Source of the DNA: Chrysomallon squamiferum
Lineage: Eukaryota; Animalia; Mollusca
Assembly: GCA_012295275.1 (NCBI GenBank)
Contig: CM022671.1
Location: 9,176,001 to 9,240,000, forward strand
Direction of reading: 5' to 3'
Length of the DNA: 64,000 nt
The notes under the pieces were generated by a model. That model was not told the DNA's origin and searched no databases. It saw only the letters and a program-made list of their open reading frames with translations. Both the position numbers and the translations under genes were made by a program. This document shows, piece by piece, positions 41,556 to 54,587 of the stretch; positions within the stretch are counted from its first letter, which is position 1; each line of letters starts with the position of its first letter.

Positions 41556-44500
41556 TATATATTTTCACTTAAGTCACATAAAACAAACCTATTCAGTACA
41601 AGTCACACGGAATAATGGAAGATTCTTTCAATATTTATATTATAACTAATCAATTGGATCCAGTCTTTAAAGATTATTTCTGTCCATCATGATCAACTTG
41701 CACTCTGGTGATCAAACTATACAACAGATTTTCTGTAAAAATTTATCTATAATAATATTTTTTTCTACTAATACTCCATTATGTTTTATTAACTAACAGC
41801 TAGTTGGATATTGCTCCAGTTTTTGATTTTTGAATATGGGAAAGTATTTCTTTGTTCAGTATTTTGTATGTCTTGTTTGATGATGGTGAGATAAGTAATG
41901 AAATATTTAATACTTTCAAATAATATTTAGATCTTCAGAATTTGGTTTTAGTGTAAGAGTATTTGGTAGTGAGAGCATATCAAAAATATTCTGAATCTAA
42001 GCCAATCAAATAAATCTGTAAAAATCAAATATAAAATGATAAGATTTTTGGTACATAAGAAATTTCATATTCAGAATTTGCTAACTTGAAACTTTTCTTA
42101 TTGTAAAAGTTTAAACTATTAGTAATCAGCTACTGACATAAAACAAATAAGGTTTGTTTAATACAAACTGTTTTAAATATTAATTTTTGTTTTACTGAAC
42201 AAGGAACAAGTCTTTGAATGTCATGTAAAAATATTTTTAAATCTTTGACATGTTCATCATCATTGGAAGAATAAACAACATGTCTACAACAGATCATTGT
42301 GAATGATCAAGTCAGACAGACTGCAACTGTTGCATCATCCAAGTTTCCATTTCTCCTTTTTATGACAATCATCTTTGTAATGATCTCTTTATTTTTGTTT
42401 TCCATCCCCCACACAAAACAAACAAAAGGTGACAAGATAATATCATTTTGAAATAAGATTTGCACTAAGCTACTATTTTAGCATATATATGTCATATGCT
42501 CAAACTAATTGAACAAAACTATTTTGACAATAAAAATAGAAAATAAAAATAATAATCCTACTAAACCTCCCACATCCCCAGATGCAATTTCCTGGATTGT
42601 AAAATGTGATATTTATGTCTCTCTGTATGTTTTATGTCAAACACTGAATAACCTAATTCATTTTCAACTGAAAACAAGATGGAGAAAATTGTTTCTGAAG
42701 TTCACATCTGAAAATTTTAATCAGATTGCCTTATATCCTTGTCAAAGGAGTAAATACATTGATGGGCAAAAGAAAATATAATAGTTATATTAATAAAGAG
42801 AAAATATTAAAGATTTTAGTTTTAATTTTTTAATTCTTTACAGTAAACAAAGAAATGTGATCATATTAAGATGGGGATAATGTAAAATTGACATACTGCT
42901 TCTGAAATTTACAGAATTGATGATAGTTTTCACTGTTTACAAGTTCAGTTTCACAGTAATATCACAGTTTGATGTTTCTTCTGCGTTAGAGTATATATTA
43001 ATTTTTACTCAAGTGTGTATGTTCTGTACCAGTGGACTGAGAAAGGGAAAAGGTAACAGGATTTTTTTAATTTTGAAGGGGTTACATCTTTGTATTTTTT
43101 CTATATATATTTTTTTTTTTTAAATGTTTCAGAAGAGAAGAGAGTTTAAAGAAGTGTCATCTGTGCAGTAAATTTAACTAGAGAGGCAAGATGTATGTCT
43201 CTTGCTCAGATACCACACAAAAACCATTATCTGGTTTTAAAGCATCCATTAGAACAAGATTCTCTTTAATAAAAATAACTCAAACTGTCAACATATCTTC
43301 TTTCTACTTTTTTTTTTTTAACAGTTGAAAAAAATAAAATGTGTTTCAGTCAAAAAAATAAAAATAAAATTAAATTAAATTAAATTAAATTAAAGAAATA
43401 AACTTTTGTGTTTGCCATAAATAAAATGTATTATACATGTCATTTGAACTAATAATTAAACTTCAGATAATCAATCATAAACAATGAGGTGAGGAAAATG
43501 TAGTACATAAACATATTCTTGCTAGAGTTAAATATAAATACTGTATGTGTGCATGTGCATGTACATGTATCAAAATGTGAGTGTATGTATATGGGTGTGT
43601 ATGTGTACATGGGTGCCTGAAGGTGTCTGACTGTGTATGCGTTTGTGTGTGTGGATGTTTGTATGTCAGATGAGAGAACTATGATGGTAATTACCACATC
43701 CTGTGTTAATTAAATCTAATGCTAATTACACCACATTATCTGCCAAGGCACAACATTTGTAAAACACAGCTGGAGTTAGTATCATATTTTGCAATTATAT
43801 CCTATATGTTGATGAACTTAGCTGCAAAATTAATCAAACATTTCAGGAAATCATAAACATGTTTTTTCTCACACCAAAATCTTTTTTGAAGATAATTATA
43901 GGGGTGTCAACAGTTTTACAAATATTTTCCCCTTACAGTTTGGACAAAATAAAAAATTAATAATATTAATTATAAAATCATTATTACGTTAATTTTAAGC
44001 GGAAAAAATATGAAAAGAAAAGCAAAGTGATATGTTGGTTCTGTTTTGTTCAAGTGAAAAATATTTAAACCAAACTGAAAAATCTCAGAAAAAAACCAAA
44101 ACAACTTAATGAAAATTAAAAATAGAATAAAAACAAAGAAACAAATAAAGACAGAAAATAAAAATTACAATAAAGAATAACAAAAAAGAAGAAAATAAAA
44201 ATTAGAGTTATTTTGTGCCATTCTGACAATTTTGATCAAATGTATTTTCAGCTATCCGACATTTCTTGCACATCATCTTCACATGTTTAACACACATATC
44301 AAATGCAGTCATCCATCATGGAAATGCTTCTTCAAAGAGTCGGAACAAACTACTTCACTGCTAATCCCCTAAGAGCAGTGCGATTAACAGGATTTTTGCT
44401 CTGAGAAAATACTTGAGAGATTCATTCACCACTGACTGTTCAGGTTAGAGAAGTAATGAACCCTGTGATTTGATTTCACTTTGATTGTAATTCAGTGTCT

Positions 44501-44689
44501 GAGGAAACTTCCAAGGCTTTGCTGCTTTGCTGTTGACATTATGAACAACAGCACTGAGCACTTAGTTTAATCCAGCATTCACTGAACTCCCTGGGTCACT
44601 TAACAATAAATGCCACAACAGCTAAACTGTCAGAGTTAGGATAGCTGTCCATCTGTTGTCAGGAAGTAACAGAAGGTGTAAGACCACCA

Positions 44690-45105
44690 CACAAATTAAT
44701 CTGATAATATAAATTATCTGAGATTATCTGCTCAGATTACAAGAATTAGCTATCTGTCCTTTGTCAACAGTATCTGGAAAGGTGAAAGGGCAATAAATTA
44801 ATTCATCTGCTAATACAATTAATTCAACAATCTTGGCTTATAGAATAATAAAATTAGATATACATGTTTTGTCAGTAGCATTTGGGAGGGTGAAAGGACA
44901 CTGTAGTAATTAATCTGTTATTACACTGACTTCAACAGTCTTGGATTATCTGTATGGAAAAGACTAATTAAATATCTGTCCTAAGTAAGAAGGTACTGGA
45001 ATGGTGAACAGCTACTAGACTAATCTGTTTAATACAATTACTTCAGTATCCTGGATTATCTTCTTATCAGTGATAATATTAGCACCATTATTATTAGGAA
45101 GTATT
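44690..45105. repeat. Old degenerate tandem array (about 90-120 bp units) related to the adjacent triplication
   Basis: Four recurrences of aattaatctg.taata.aatta.ttcaa.a.tcttgg.ttatc. Confidence 0.7.
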
Positions 45106-45604
45106 TGCCATAATGCTAATTAATCTACTAATATAATTATCTTGAATAATATGGCTTATCTGACTTCAGTAGAAGAATTAGCACAGTTATCTTTCATTTT
45201 CTGAAGATAACTGGGAGTGTTAGGCCACTAAACTAAACATCACTGGCCATATTGATATACATAGAGCAAAAATGCCATAATGCTAATTAATCTACTAATA
45301 TAATTATCTTGAATAATATGGCTTATCTGACTTCAGTAGAAGAATTAGCACAGTTATCTTTCATTTTCTGAAGATAACTGGGAGTGAAGTTAAGCCACTA
45401 AACTAAACATCACAGCCATATTGAGAAGCAAAAATGCCATAATGCTAATTAATCTACTAATATAATTATCTTGAATAATATGGCTTATCTGACTTCAGTA
45501 GAAGAATTAGTACAGTTATCTTTCATTTTCTGAAGATAACTGGGAGTGTTAGGCCACTAAACTAAACATCACTGGCCATATTGATATACATAGAGCAAAA
45601 ATGC
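45106..45604. repeat. Recent tandem triplication of a roughly 165-bp unit
   Basis: Units start at 45106, 45273 and 45435 (167 and 162 bp apart) and are nearly identical. Confidence 0.97.
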
Positions 45605-47319
45605 AAAATGTATTAAAAGAATCTCTCTCTCAGACACCCATACACAAAACTCATATAGAAATATATTATTTTTTTAAATTTCTATAAGGTCACTAGTCAC
45701 TTATCAGCTCACAATTAATCACGATATTAACGTAATTATTATTTAATAATACAAACACCAAGAAAACCTAAAATATCAATGAACATAAAACTCTTTCCAT
45801 CTCATTTCTCTTTCTGTGTTTCTCCTATCTCTGTCTTTTCTCTCCCCTTTCCTCTATCAACTGAAATATAAATCCAGACACATATACACACAAGTAAAAA
45901 GAAAAGAAAAGAAACCACAAAAATAATCTATGCCATTAAAATGTATTGTAATGGATTTCATAATTAAGTTTCATTCTTTCCAACTACATTAGTAATGAGA
46001 CCCATAACTTAACCAATTCAACTGACATTAATATTTCCCTTCTTACATGATTTCAACAATCTTGCTATCTTCCTTGTCAAAAACACTGATAGTTAAGAAA
46101 AATTATTGACACTGTAATAACACAGATAAAATGATAAAAAAAAAAAAATTCTTCCCCATAAAAAACAACTAATGTTTGAAAAAAAAGAAATAATGATTTA
46201 AATGTTTGCAGAAGAAAGTAAGTTGATTAAAAGAAGAAAACAAAAAGAGAAAAAGAGAAAAACAAAAGAGATTTATTTTAAAAATAATTATTTTATTTTG
46301 AATATTTGTTTTTGTATTATCATAAGAAATCCACAAAATAAATTTTTAATTTTTAATTTATTTTTTATATTTTTTCTACACATTGTTTTTATCACATGCA
46401 CTGAGTAGTCACATCCATGTTAGACTTTAAAAAACAACAAATATCAACACACACACACACACAGACTGATATATGGCACAAATACACACATATATCTCTC
46501 TAAAAAATAAATAAATATATAAATATATAAAATAAAATAAAATAAAATATTAGTAATAATAATAAAATAAAAAAAATGGAATTAAGAAAAAAAAAAAGAA
46601 TGAAAAGAAAAAAAGAAAGAAAGGAAAAGAAAGTCTTTCAAAATAACACTGCCTGAGCACTTAAAGTGAATATTTAAAAATGATTATGTTTTTCACTGTT
46701 GTGTCCCACAGTCATGTAATAATTACTTCCTTATCCATGTCTCCTTCAGTGTTAATTAAAAGAAAAGTCTGGAAAAAAATATACATATACAAAAAAATAG
46801 CCTAACTACTTAGATATTTCATTTTGAAAAACAATCTACAAATTAAAAAAAAAATACTAATAATAAAAATAAAAATGATAATAATAATAATAAAGATATA
46901 AAAAGTAAATAAAATCAGAAAAGAAAATGATTAATGCAAAAACTATTACTAAATATCATAAAATATGTTTGTGTTTTTAATGCATGCATACATGTGTTTG
47001 ATGTGACTGTATGTTTATAAGTTATTTTCTTTACAGGTTTATATGTGTTTATTATTTTGTGTGTTAATAATATACCACATGTGCATATATTTTTGAGTGT
47101 GTGTATGTGTGTGTATCTGTGTTTTGTGTGTATTATGTCTCTGTGTTTTATATTTATGCGTGTTTATCTACATGGATAGGTGTGTTGCATGTATACATAC
47201 AAATGTATTTCTGATTACATAAAAACAAAGTTTATGTCATCATAGCTTAAAGAAATATTTGCATATTTCATGAGATCCCATATTTCTTCTGCATTTTTTT
47301 CCCCAAAAGATTCTTTACT

Positions 47320-47560
47320 TTGCTTCGGTAGTAAGATTTCTAAAATTTCGTGGTAACGAGGTGATCAATATGTAATACGTTAATCACCATCATCGAAGAG
47401 TGGATTTCTTGTTAAATCATTGAGGCAGATCAAAGGTTAACTCACATCAGTCAGATAATTGTTAACCACTGACCAGAAGGGTTTTTGTACTGTTCTGACC
47501 CACACCATCCTGGCAGCTAGCACGCTGGTGGGCTGGCGTAAGCCTTGGGTTAATTTGTGT
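47320..47560. promoter_or_regulatory. Candidate intronic enhancer or conserved element: CpG-retaining block with a consensus TCF/LEF site
   Basis: Seven CpGs in about 215 bp within a CpG-depleted window. AGATCAAAGG at 47427-47436. Confidence 0.3.
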
Positions 47561-48359
47561 TTTCTGTTCACTTTAATGGCCAACTAATGATTTTGCTTGA
47601 TACTGCATTAAAAGATCTAGGTTCAGCTTTGAAATAAGTAAAAATAAAGTGTAATTTATTTAAAGAAAAGAAAAATGTCTTCTCCATCAAGAATAAATGA
47701 ATGTTTAATGACAACTGAGGAAGGAACTGCATCAGATATTGGGTGTCAGACAGGAGTTAATATATGGATATGTTAATTAACAATATCTATGCAAATCTGA
47801 GTGTTTATTTCAATTTGACTCTCTATTTATGTAATGAATGTTTATTTATGTATCTGTTATCACTATCATATTAATAATTATTAATTTTAATAAATTATGA
47901 AATTAATATAGAATGTGTATTTTATATAATATTGTCAATTTAGTATAGTGGATCAGAGAAATTTATATTTTTCTTGTACTTCTAAAAAATGTTTAATATA
48001 TATTTTTTTAAATTAAAAGAAACACCAACCCAAAACAAATTAACTTTTTAAACATCATTTAGAAAGGAAAACAAAAAATGAAATAGAAAACAATTTTTCT
48101 AACAACTTTAGTCTTGTTATTATGCTTTGTTATATTTTCATATGATTCCCTCTTTTTAATGTTTTACATCTCTAAAATTTAATAAATTTAATTCGAACAT
48201 TTGCTCCATCTGTCCGCCTGTCTGTCTGTCTGTCTGTCTGAGAATCTGTCCATCACTCCTTCCCCTTCCATCTTACACTTTACATCTCTCTACCTACAGT
48301 AACAGTCTGAATTTTTTATTCTTCTCGTTTAAAACAAAACATCATTTTTTAATGTTAAC

Positions 48360-48720
48360 AAAATCTTTCGCTTGATTTGAGTTGTTTTCTTTTCCCAGAC
48401 TTTCTATCTCATTCCTCATCTCTAACAACTTGAGGCCAAAGGATCACCAACACCCACTTCTGATGAGCCTGGATTTACCAGCTAATGGAGATTCTATGCC
48501 ATGAATATGTTAGTGTCATCTCCAAGGCTCGGTGACATGTGGCAATGCAATGAGCCATTTCTCACCCATATTTGTGTCTGTGTCTGCCATGTTTAGAGAT
48601 AACTTCAGACCAAAAAGAATACAATGCTTGACAATATGCCAATATTTTATGCAAATAATTCATATGGTCAGAGTAAATTGTTCTGTAAGCCCTCGTTGCA
48701 AAAATAAATGCACAAGAGTA
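48360..48720 (-). mobile_element. Decayed RTE/BovB-like LINE reverse-transcriptase C-terminal fragment
   Basis: Ordered frameshifted motifs NYLHKIL, FGLKLSLN, LEMT..Y..IS, SEV....LASS and KVWEKKTTQIKRKIL correspond to RTE LQxLL, FGLxISxxKT, LEVV.F.YLGS.IS, EV..RI..AS and VW...I...TK. Confidence 0.55.
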
Positions 48721-48949
48721 ATAGGGTTTTTGTGAATACCAAATAATAATATAATACCAATCAATATAATAAAGAATAATAAAAAAATAAAAAAAATTAA
48801 TAAATAATAAAAAAGCAAAAACAAACAAAAAAACACAACAATAATAAAGTATAGTAGAAATAAACAAACTGAAATAAATTATTCAGATTATGTATTTTTA
48901 TTAACTCTTACAGGTATCATTCATACAGTCAAGCATTTTGTAACCTTAA

Positions 48950-49165
48950 AATCAGAAAAGAAACCTGCTCCCTCCATACTACCGGGTACACTCATCCATT
49001 ATTAGCAAAATCCTTCACTCTGTATTTTCTCACTGGCAGAAAAGAACATACAATGGTCTTTGTTGCTGCTGTCAGTGAGCGCTGCTTGAAATGAGAGGTA
49101 TTGATCCTGAAACCTATCAGTCTTCAGGCAAAGTCTCAGCTACCACTGAGTAGATGTCTGGTCTT
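48950..49165 (-). mobile_element. Decayed SINE-like element, third copy
   Basis: gaaaagaaacctgct...attagcaaaa...cagaaaagaacatacaatggtctttg...gagcgctgcttgaaatgaga...ttgatcctgaaacctatc...taccactgag is collinear with the 12.5 kb copy. The end resembles an inverted tRNA-like head. Confidence 0.6.
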
Positions 49166-52100
49166 AAAGAAAAGTGTTTCTATTTCCAGACTAAACTCTA
49201 AGACATAACAAATGTCAGTCCAACTACTGGCAACCATGATGATTGGTAGAAGATTGTATCTAGGTACAGCTATCCTATTCAGAATGATTTGTGAAGGTGC
49301 AAGACAGCTAATCTTCTAAAACACTAACCCAGACAAACAATTTGGACTGTGTGTAAAAAAAAAAGAAGAGATAAACCAACATGAATCTTTAAACTTAAAA
49401 AAATTAGACTGGTCACTGAGAGAGGACGCTGTTGCTTTGGGAATTATTCAATTCTGTAGATTTTATATCTAGAAAGGTGAATTTCATAGGTGTGGCATAT
49501 AGGGGACTTGTATGTGTTCTGTGCCCCAGAATTTTTAAAGGGAAACTGCATATCATACAAAAAAATCTGTCAGAGTTAAGAGAGTGGAAATTTGTGGGTT
49601 TACCCACCATTATCACCATCAGATAAAAACTTTATCTTTAACATATGTTAACTACTATAAATGCTAAACAACCAACCAATAATTCATTTATCCATTCCAG
49701 ACAGGATATTTTGTAAGTCACAAGTTATTTAACAACAATAATTCTCCCCAACAAACAAATAAAAAAAATTAAAAATAAAAAACCACAAAAAAACACAAAA
49801 AAAAAAAAGTATTACAAGGGTATATGGACTTATTCCCTCAAGACATCTGTTTTCCAATCAAAAAAAAAAAAAACCCAAAAGATTAAAATATCTAGGACAT
49901 AAGCCTCTGTGTTGAAATGTTGGCTACATCATGTGCTCTCGTTCATTTGTCTTGCAGAATGACTTTTCTCAGAAATTTTTAGTTTTTGATAAAATACTTT
50001 ATAAACTTTTGTAGGGATTATTTTTTTATTTATTATTATTTTGTTTTTGCATTTGTCATACTTAAGGTTTTTCACTCTAGAAATCCTAACGATGCAGCAA
50101 AAACCACACAACACTTCATCTTAAAATACTAATTTTTAACTGAAACCAAAAACTGAATGCCAGGAAAAATAATTCATTTTCAGAAAATTGTTGCACATTT
50201 TAAGCTTAATTATTATAAGATAACATTTTGAAATGAAAGAAGAAAAAAAAAAAATTACTTCATCCAAAAATAATATTTTTTGTCTTGTGCCAAAAATTAG
50301 AATGCAACCAAATAAATGTCCAGATTGTTGCATGATTTAAACTTTTGTTGACTATCAGCAAAAACTTCTGAAAATTAAAAAAGTGTTTTATTTGAATCTC
50401 AACAACAAATTCACTTCTATGAATATAAAGAGGTAAAATAATAAAAATTAGAAAATTATTGCAAGTGAGGAAAAATGACTAAAGTTCAGAAAACTGTTGC
50501 ATGATTTAAAGTTCATTAAATATTACAGAGACAAGACAAATTGGCTACAAGTTCTTGAAAAACAATACAAGGTTGTTTGCATTCATTTATTTTACATCAG
50601 AATGCTGCAAGCACACACACTGTACTAATTAACACAGTGTTTTTCTTCTTTGATGGATTATCATCCTCAGGGTTTTAACAGCCTTGGGTTAATCTCAGTA
50701 GAACAACGTATTTAAAAAAATAAGCCAGTTCTAGGTTAATCCATCAAGGTTTTTTGTATTTTGTTTTTGTTTTTACAAAGAGATTGTTGTTATACTTTTG
50801 ACTGTATACAGAATGTAGTTTACAGTACTCATCTTTTGTTTTATATCTTTAATTATTAATTAATATATAATTTTATTTTCTTGGAATTTCATATAATTGC
50901 TTTTTCTTGTTGTTTTGTTTTGGTTTCTGTTGTTATTTTTTTAAAAAGAGAACTAATTCTTGAAATAGTTTTCTGTTGTAACCAATTGATTTCTATTAGC
51001 AGTTTGAACTGCAGCTTTGGAAATGTGAGTTTGCTTTAACACAACCATTGTTTTGCCCTCTAACCATATTTGACACTCTTCAGTGACATTCAGATCCAAA
51101 GAGCTCCTTCAGAAACCTTATAACAGGCCAGCAATTAATAATTTCTTATTTAATACATCAGAGAGGCATCATTAACATTTTTAGCTAACAGTATTATACA
51201 GTAAAGTATTTTTTTATTTTTTACTTTTTTTGAAGTCATTGACTATAAAATCCTCCTGGTACTTCCTTCCACAAACTATATAGGTCAACCCCATGTCATC
51301 ATTGTTGTAAAAAGACCAAAAACGATCTCCAGTACTGAAGACATAAAGACATTTAAAACAGAGTCAATAACATTGCAATCTTCTGTGTTTACATCTGACA
51401 AGTGTCATTTGTAAAACACTTTTTCAACTGGACTCCATGAAAGAGAAACAGTGTGGCTTGTAAAGACTTGAGAGTTTGTCAAGACAGAGACTAACAGAAT
51501 TAGTTCAGTTTGATCTCAAGTGAGTGAAGAGCCCAGTGACTGTGTCTCCTAAAACAGATTATATTAACACTCAGAGAAAGATGAAAGGGTTATGAAATGT
51601 TTTGACTGAATATAACTGCATTTGGCAACTTTAGCCCACATGTTTCGTGTCTGCTTGTGAATATGTTTCATCCTGGTTAGCAATAATGTGATAAAAACAA
51701 AACAACTCAATAAAGATAATGATAATTTTAAAAAATATTTGTAATTATGCTTTTTCTTTTATCCTTTTGTAACTTACTTAATATTTAAACTTACAGAATT
51801 ATTTCATGTGAATTCTGACTCAGAAAAAAAGCATAGAAAAAAAATCAACCCCTCAACCCAACTAATAGTAAACAAATAACACATATATTAATTTTAAAAA
51901 TAATTTTTTTCTGACTGTCATGGATCTATACAGATTGCTGTGGTAAATTTAAAATGCATATCACATTGAGTAATGGGGATCATTTGACAAAAACATATCA
52001 ATGTTAATTTGCAGTGACACCAGAGCACTAATAAACCAATGCTGATTACTAGCCAAGTCTATCCAGCCAATACCTGAACTGATTTGACTGCAGCTTGCTA

Positions 52101-53458
52101 TTATTATGAAACTGGTTTTACAAATGAACATAAAAAAAACTGAGAATTTGTACAGCAAAAGTCAAAGATGACTGAATTCTGAAGTTAGAGGTTAATAAGG
52201 TTTATCTGTTAACAACATTAGAGAAGAAATCCTCTAATTCCACTTCAAGGCCTACAGTTATTAATAATAAAAAATAATAATAAAAAATAAAAATAAAAAA
52301 CCCAGATATCTATATTTATGTCCATATCTGTCTATCTAACTATCGATCCACACACAAACATCTTTAGAATAAAAATGACAAAAAATATGTTAAATAAAAA
52401 TTGATAAAATCTGTTATAAATAATAATTATGAAAGAAATGTTTTTAATTTTATTTTTGGTTCATCCATTTCTTCTTTTTTGGGTGATTTCATTATTTCAC
52501 AAAACAAAATTAGGTTCTTTTTCCAATCAATATGAAAGACAATATTTTACATTTTATTACTTGAAGTTTTTCCTTTATTTTCAAAAGGAACAACAACAAC
52601 AACAAAAAAACACAACATCAACAAAAAAACAACAACTTTAGTATTGTCTCACAGTGAAATCAATGATTTTTGTTCTCTTCAAACCTGCAGTTTTCCTCAA
52701 TTTAGTTTAAAGCAATGAAGAAAAATAAAACTTGCAAATTCACAACTGCAAATATACATTTTTCATATTACATTTTCACTCAACTTAGAAATTGTATTAA
52801 ACACTTAATAGACCTTCTTCGAACCAAAATTCAAAAAAAAAAAAAAATTAAAAGCTACTGAATGAAACAAATTCCATTATGATTCAGCTGGCGTACCCTA
52901 GAGAAACATTTCTAAATTCTTCTCTTTATCACGCATGGACAAATCATTCAAATTTAATTCCCACAAAACAATGAACAATCATTCCCACTATTACATTTCA
53001 GAAACAATAAAACAGTAGACTGGAGGAAGACAAAAGCTTTCTATTCCAATATACACATATATTTTTTTTGATTCATTAAGTTAACATGCATGGCCATGAA
53101 TGGCTAATACATAATTTGTTGTTATCCTGATGATGGTTTCATCTCTTTTCAAATGTCAGTGATAATTGGAAGCCTTGCAGATGAAAGTGCGGGGTATGTT
53201 ATTAACTTTGTGGTTTGGTGGAGACTTTCAGCATATCTGAAAGCAGCTAGGACTCCATGCATGTAATGTAATGTGTACTACAGCATGACGTTTTACTGTG
53301 AATACACGTATCACATCCTGAGAAAAAGGACTGTAGCATCAGATACAAAGTACATTATTATTATTTTTATTTTTTTTGCACTTATAATTATTCAAGGTTT
53401 TGTAACTTGAGTTGGCTGTTTTGTTCTGGAGACAATAACAAAATAAAATAAAATAAAA

Positions 53459-53489
<31 letters not shown>

Positions 53490-53884
53490 AACCATTTATG
53501 GTTTGCTGACATGAAAGTAAATATATGTAATTACATTAATTTGGTTTTTAGTTATATTGAAAACCATTTGTTTTGATAATGTAATAATCAACAGATGTGG
53601 TTAGATATTAAAATCAAAATTCTGAATATATGATTGTTGTATAAAGGTAATGCTAGAAGCAAAATAACTTTTACTAATTACTATCATTTCAATACTATCA
53701 TTTCATGAGACATCAGCAAGCATTTATAAAAAAAAAACCAAAAACAGAACCAAAAAAATATTTCAGCTTTTCTTATCTGGTTATTTGTGACTCAGTGAAA
53801 TTTATTTCGTGAAATGTTTTATTCATAATATATTCACTTTTATATGAAATATAAATATTCACATACAAAACACGAACTTCGGTG

Positions 53885-54330
53885 ATTTCAGTATTACCAG
53901 CTCTGACAACAGTATTCTGAATGTTAACATCAGCATTGATTACAACAAGAACATTGACTAGATAGCAAAAGCATTTGTAACTATCATATTAGCATTCACA
54001 AAGTATAGTATCAAAATTCACCAGTTAAAGATGCATTCAGTGACAACTGTCATACCAGCTTCATGACAGATTTAGCAGCTGTAGCATACTAGGTCTTGAC
54101 AATAACCTTTGTAAGTTTCATACTAGTTTCACCATCTGTGAAAGCATCATTCACAAAGGTGAAACCAGCTTGAGCAGCTGAGACAGCAGCATTCACAACT
54201 GACACACTAATATCCACACACTGTTGAAACAATATTTGTGAGCATTGACATCAATATCTGCAACTGTAACATCAGCATGTGTAGTTGTTACAATCGTAAC
54301 CGTATTTCAAAATGTTACACTGACATTTAA
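53885..54330. repeat. Highly degenerate tandem repeat of about 21 bp (ccagcattcacaactgtgaca-like)
   Basis: Periodic cagc/agcatt(c)ac.a.tg motifs over about 450 bp. Confidence 0.6.
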
Positions 54331-54498
54331 ATAAATATTAAACCAAATCAACCTGTAGATGTTCATAAATAGTAGAGAAAAATAACAAGCATAGCCACTT
54401 ATTAAAAATAAAATACATTTTTTTAAATAACAATATTGCAATAAAAAAAAATAATAATAATAAAAATTTCATTGTTTTTATTTTTTATTAAACGTTTT

Positions 54499-54587
54499 TC
54501 TTACCTGTACTTTGAAATTTCTGACAGACTTGAAATTAATAAAAGACTTACCTGAAAAAAAGAAAGAAAAATAGAATATTAATTAGT
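54499..54587 (-). other. Candidate recursive splice site (AG|GTAAGT ratchet point) with a 47-nt cryptic RS-exon (54505-54551)
   Basis: Minus strand reads actaAt-taatattctatttttctttcttttttt-CAG|GTAAGT-cttttattaatttcaagtctgtcagaaatttcaaagtaCAG|GTAAGA. It has a branch-like CTAAT about 32 nt upstream, an AG-free polypyrimidine tract, a regenerated consensus donor and a second strong donor 47 nt downstream. Confidence 0.6.
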
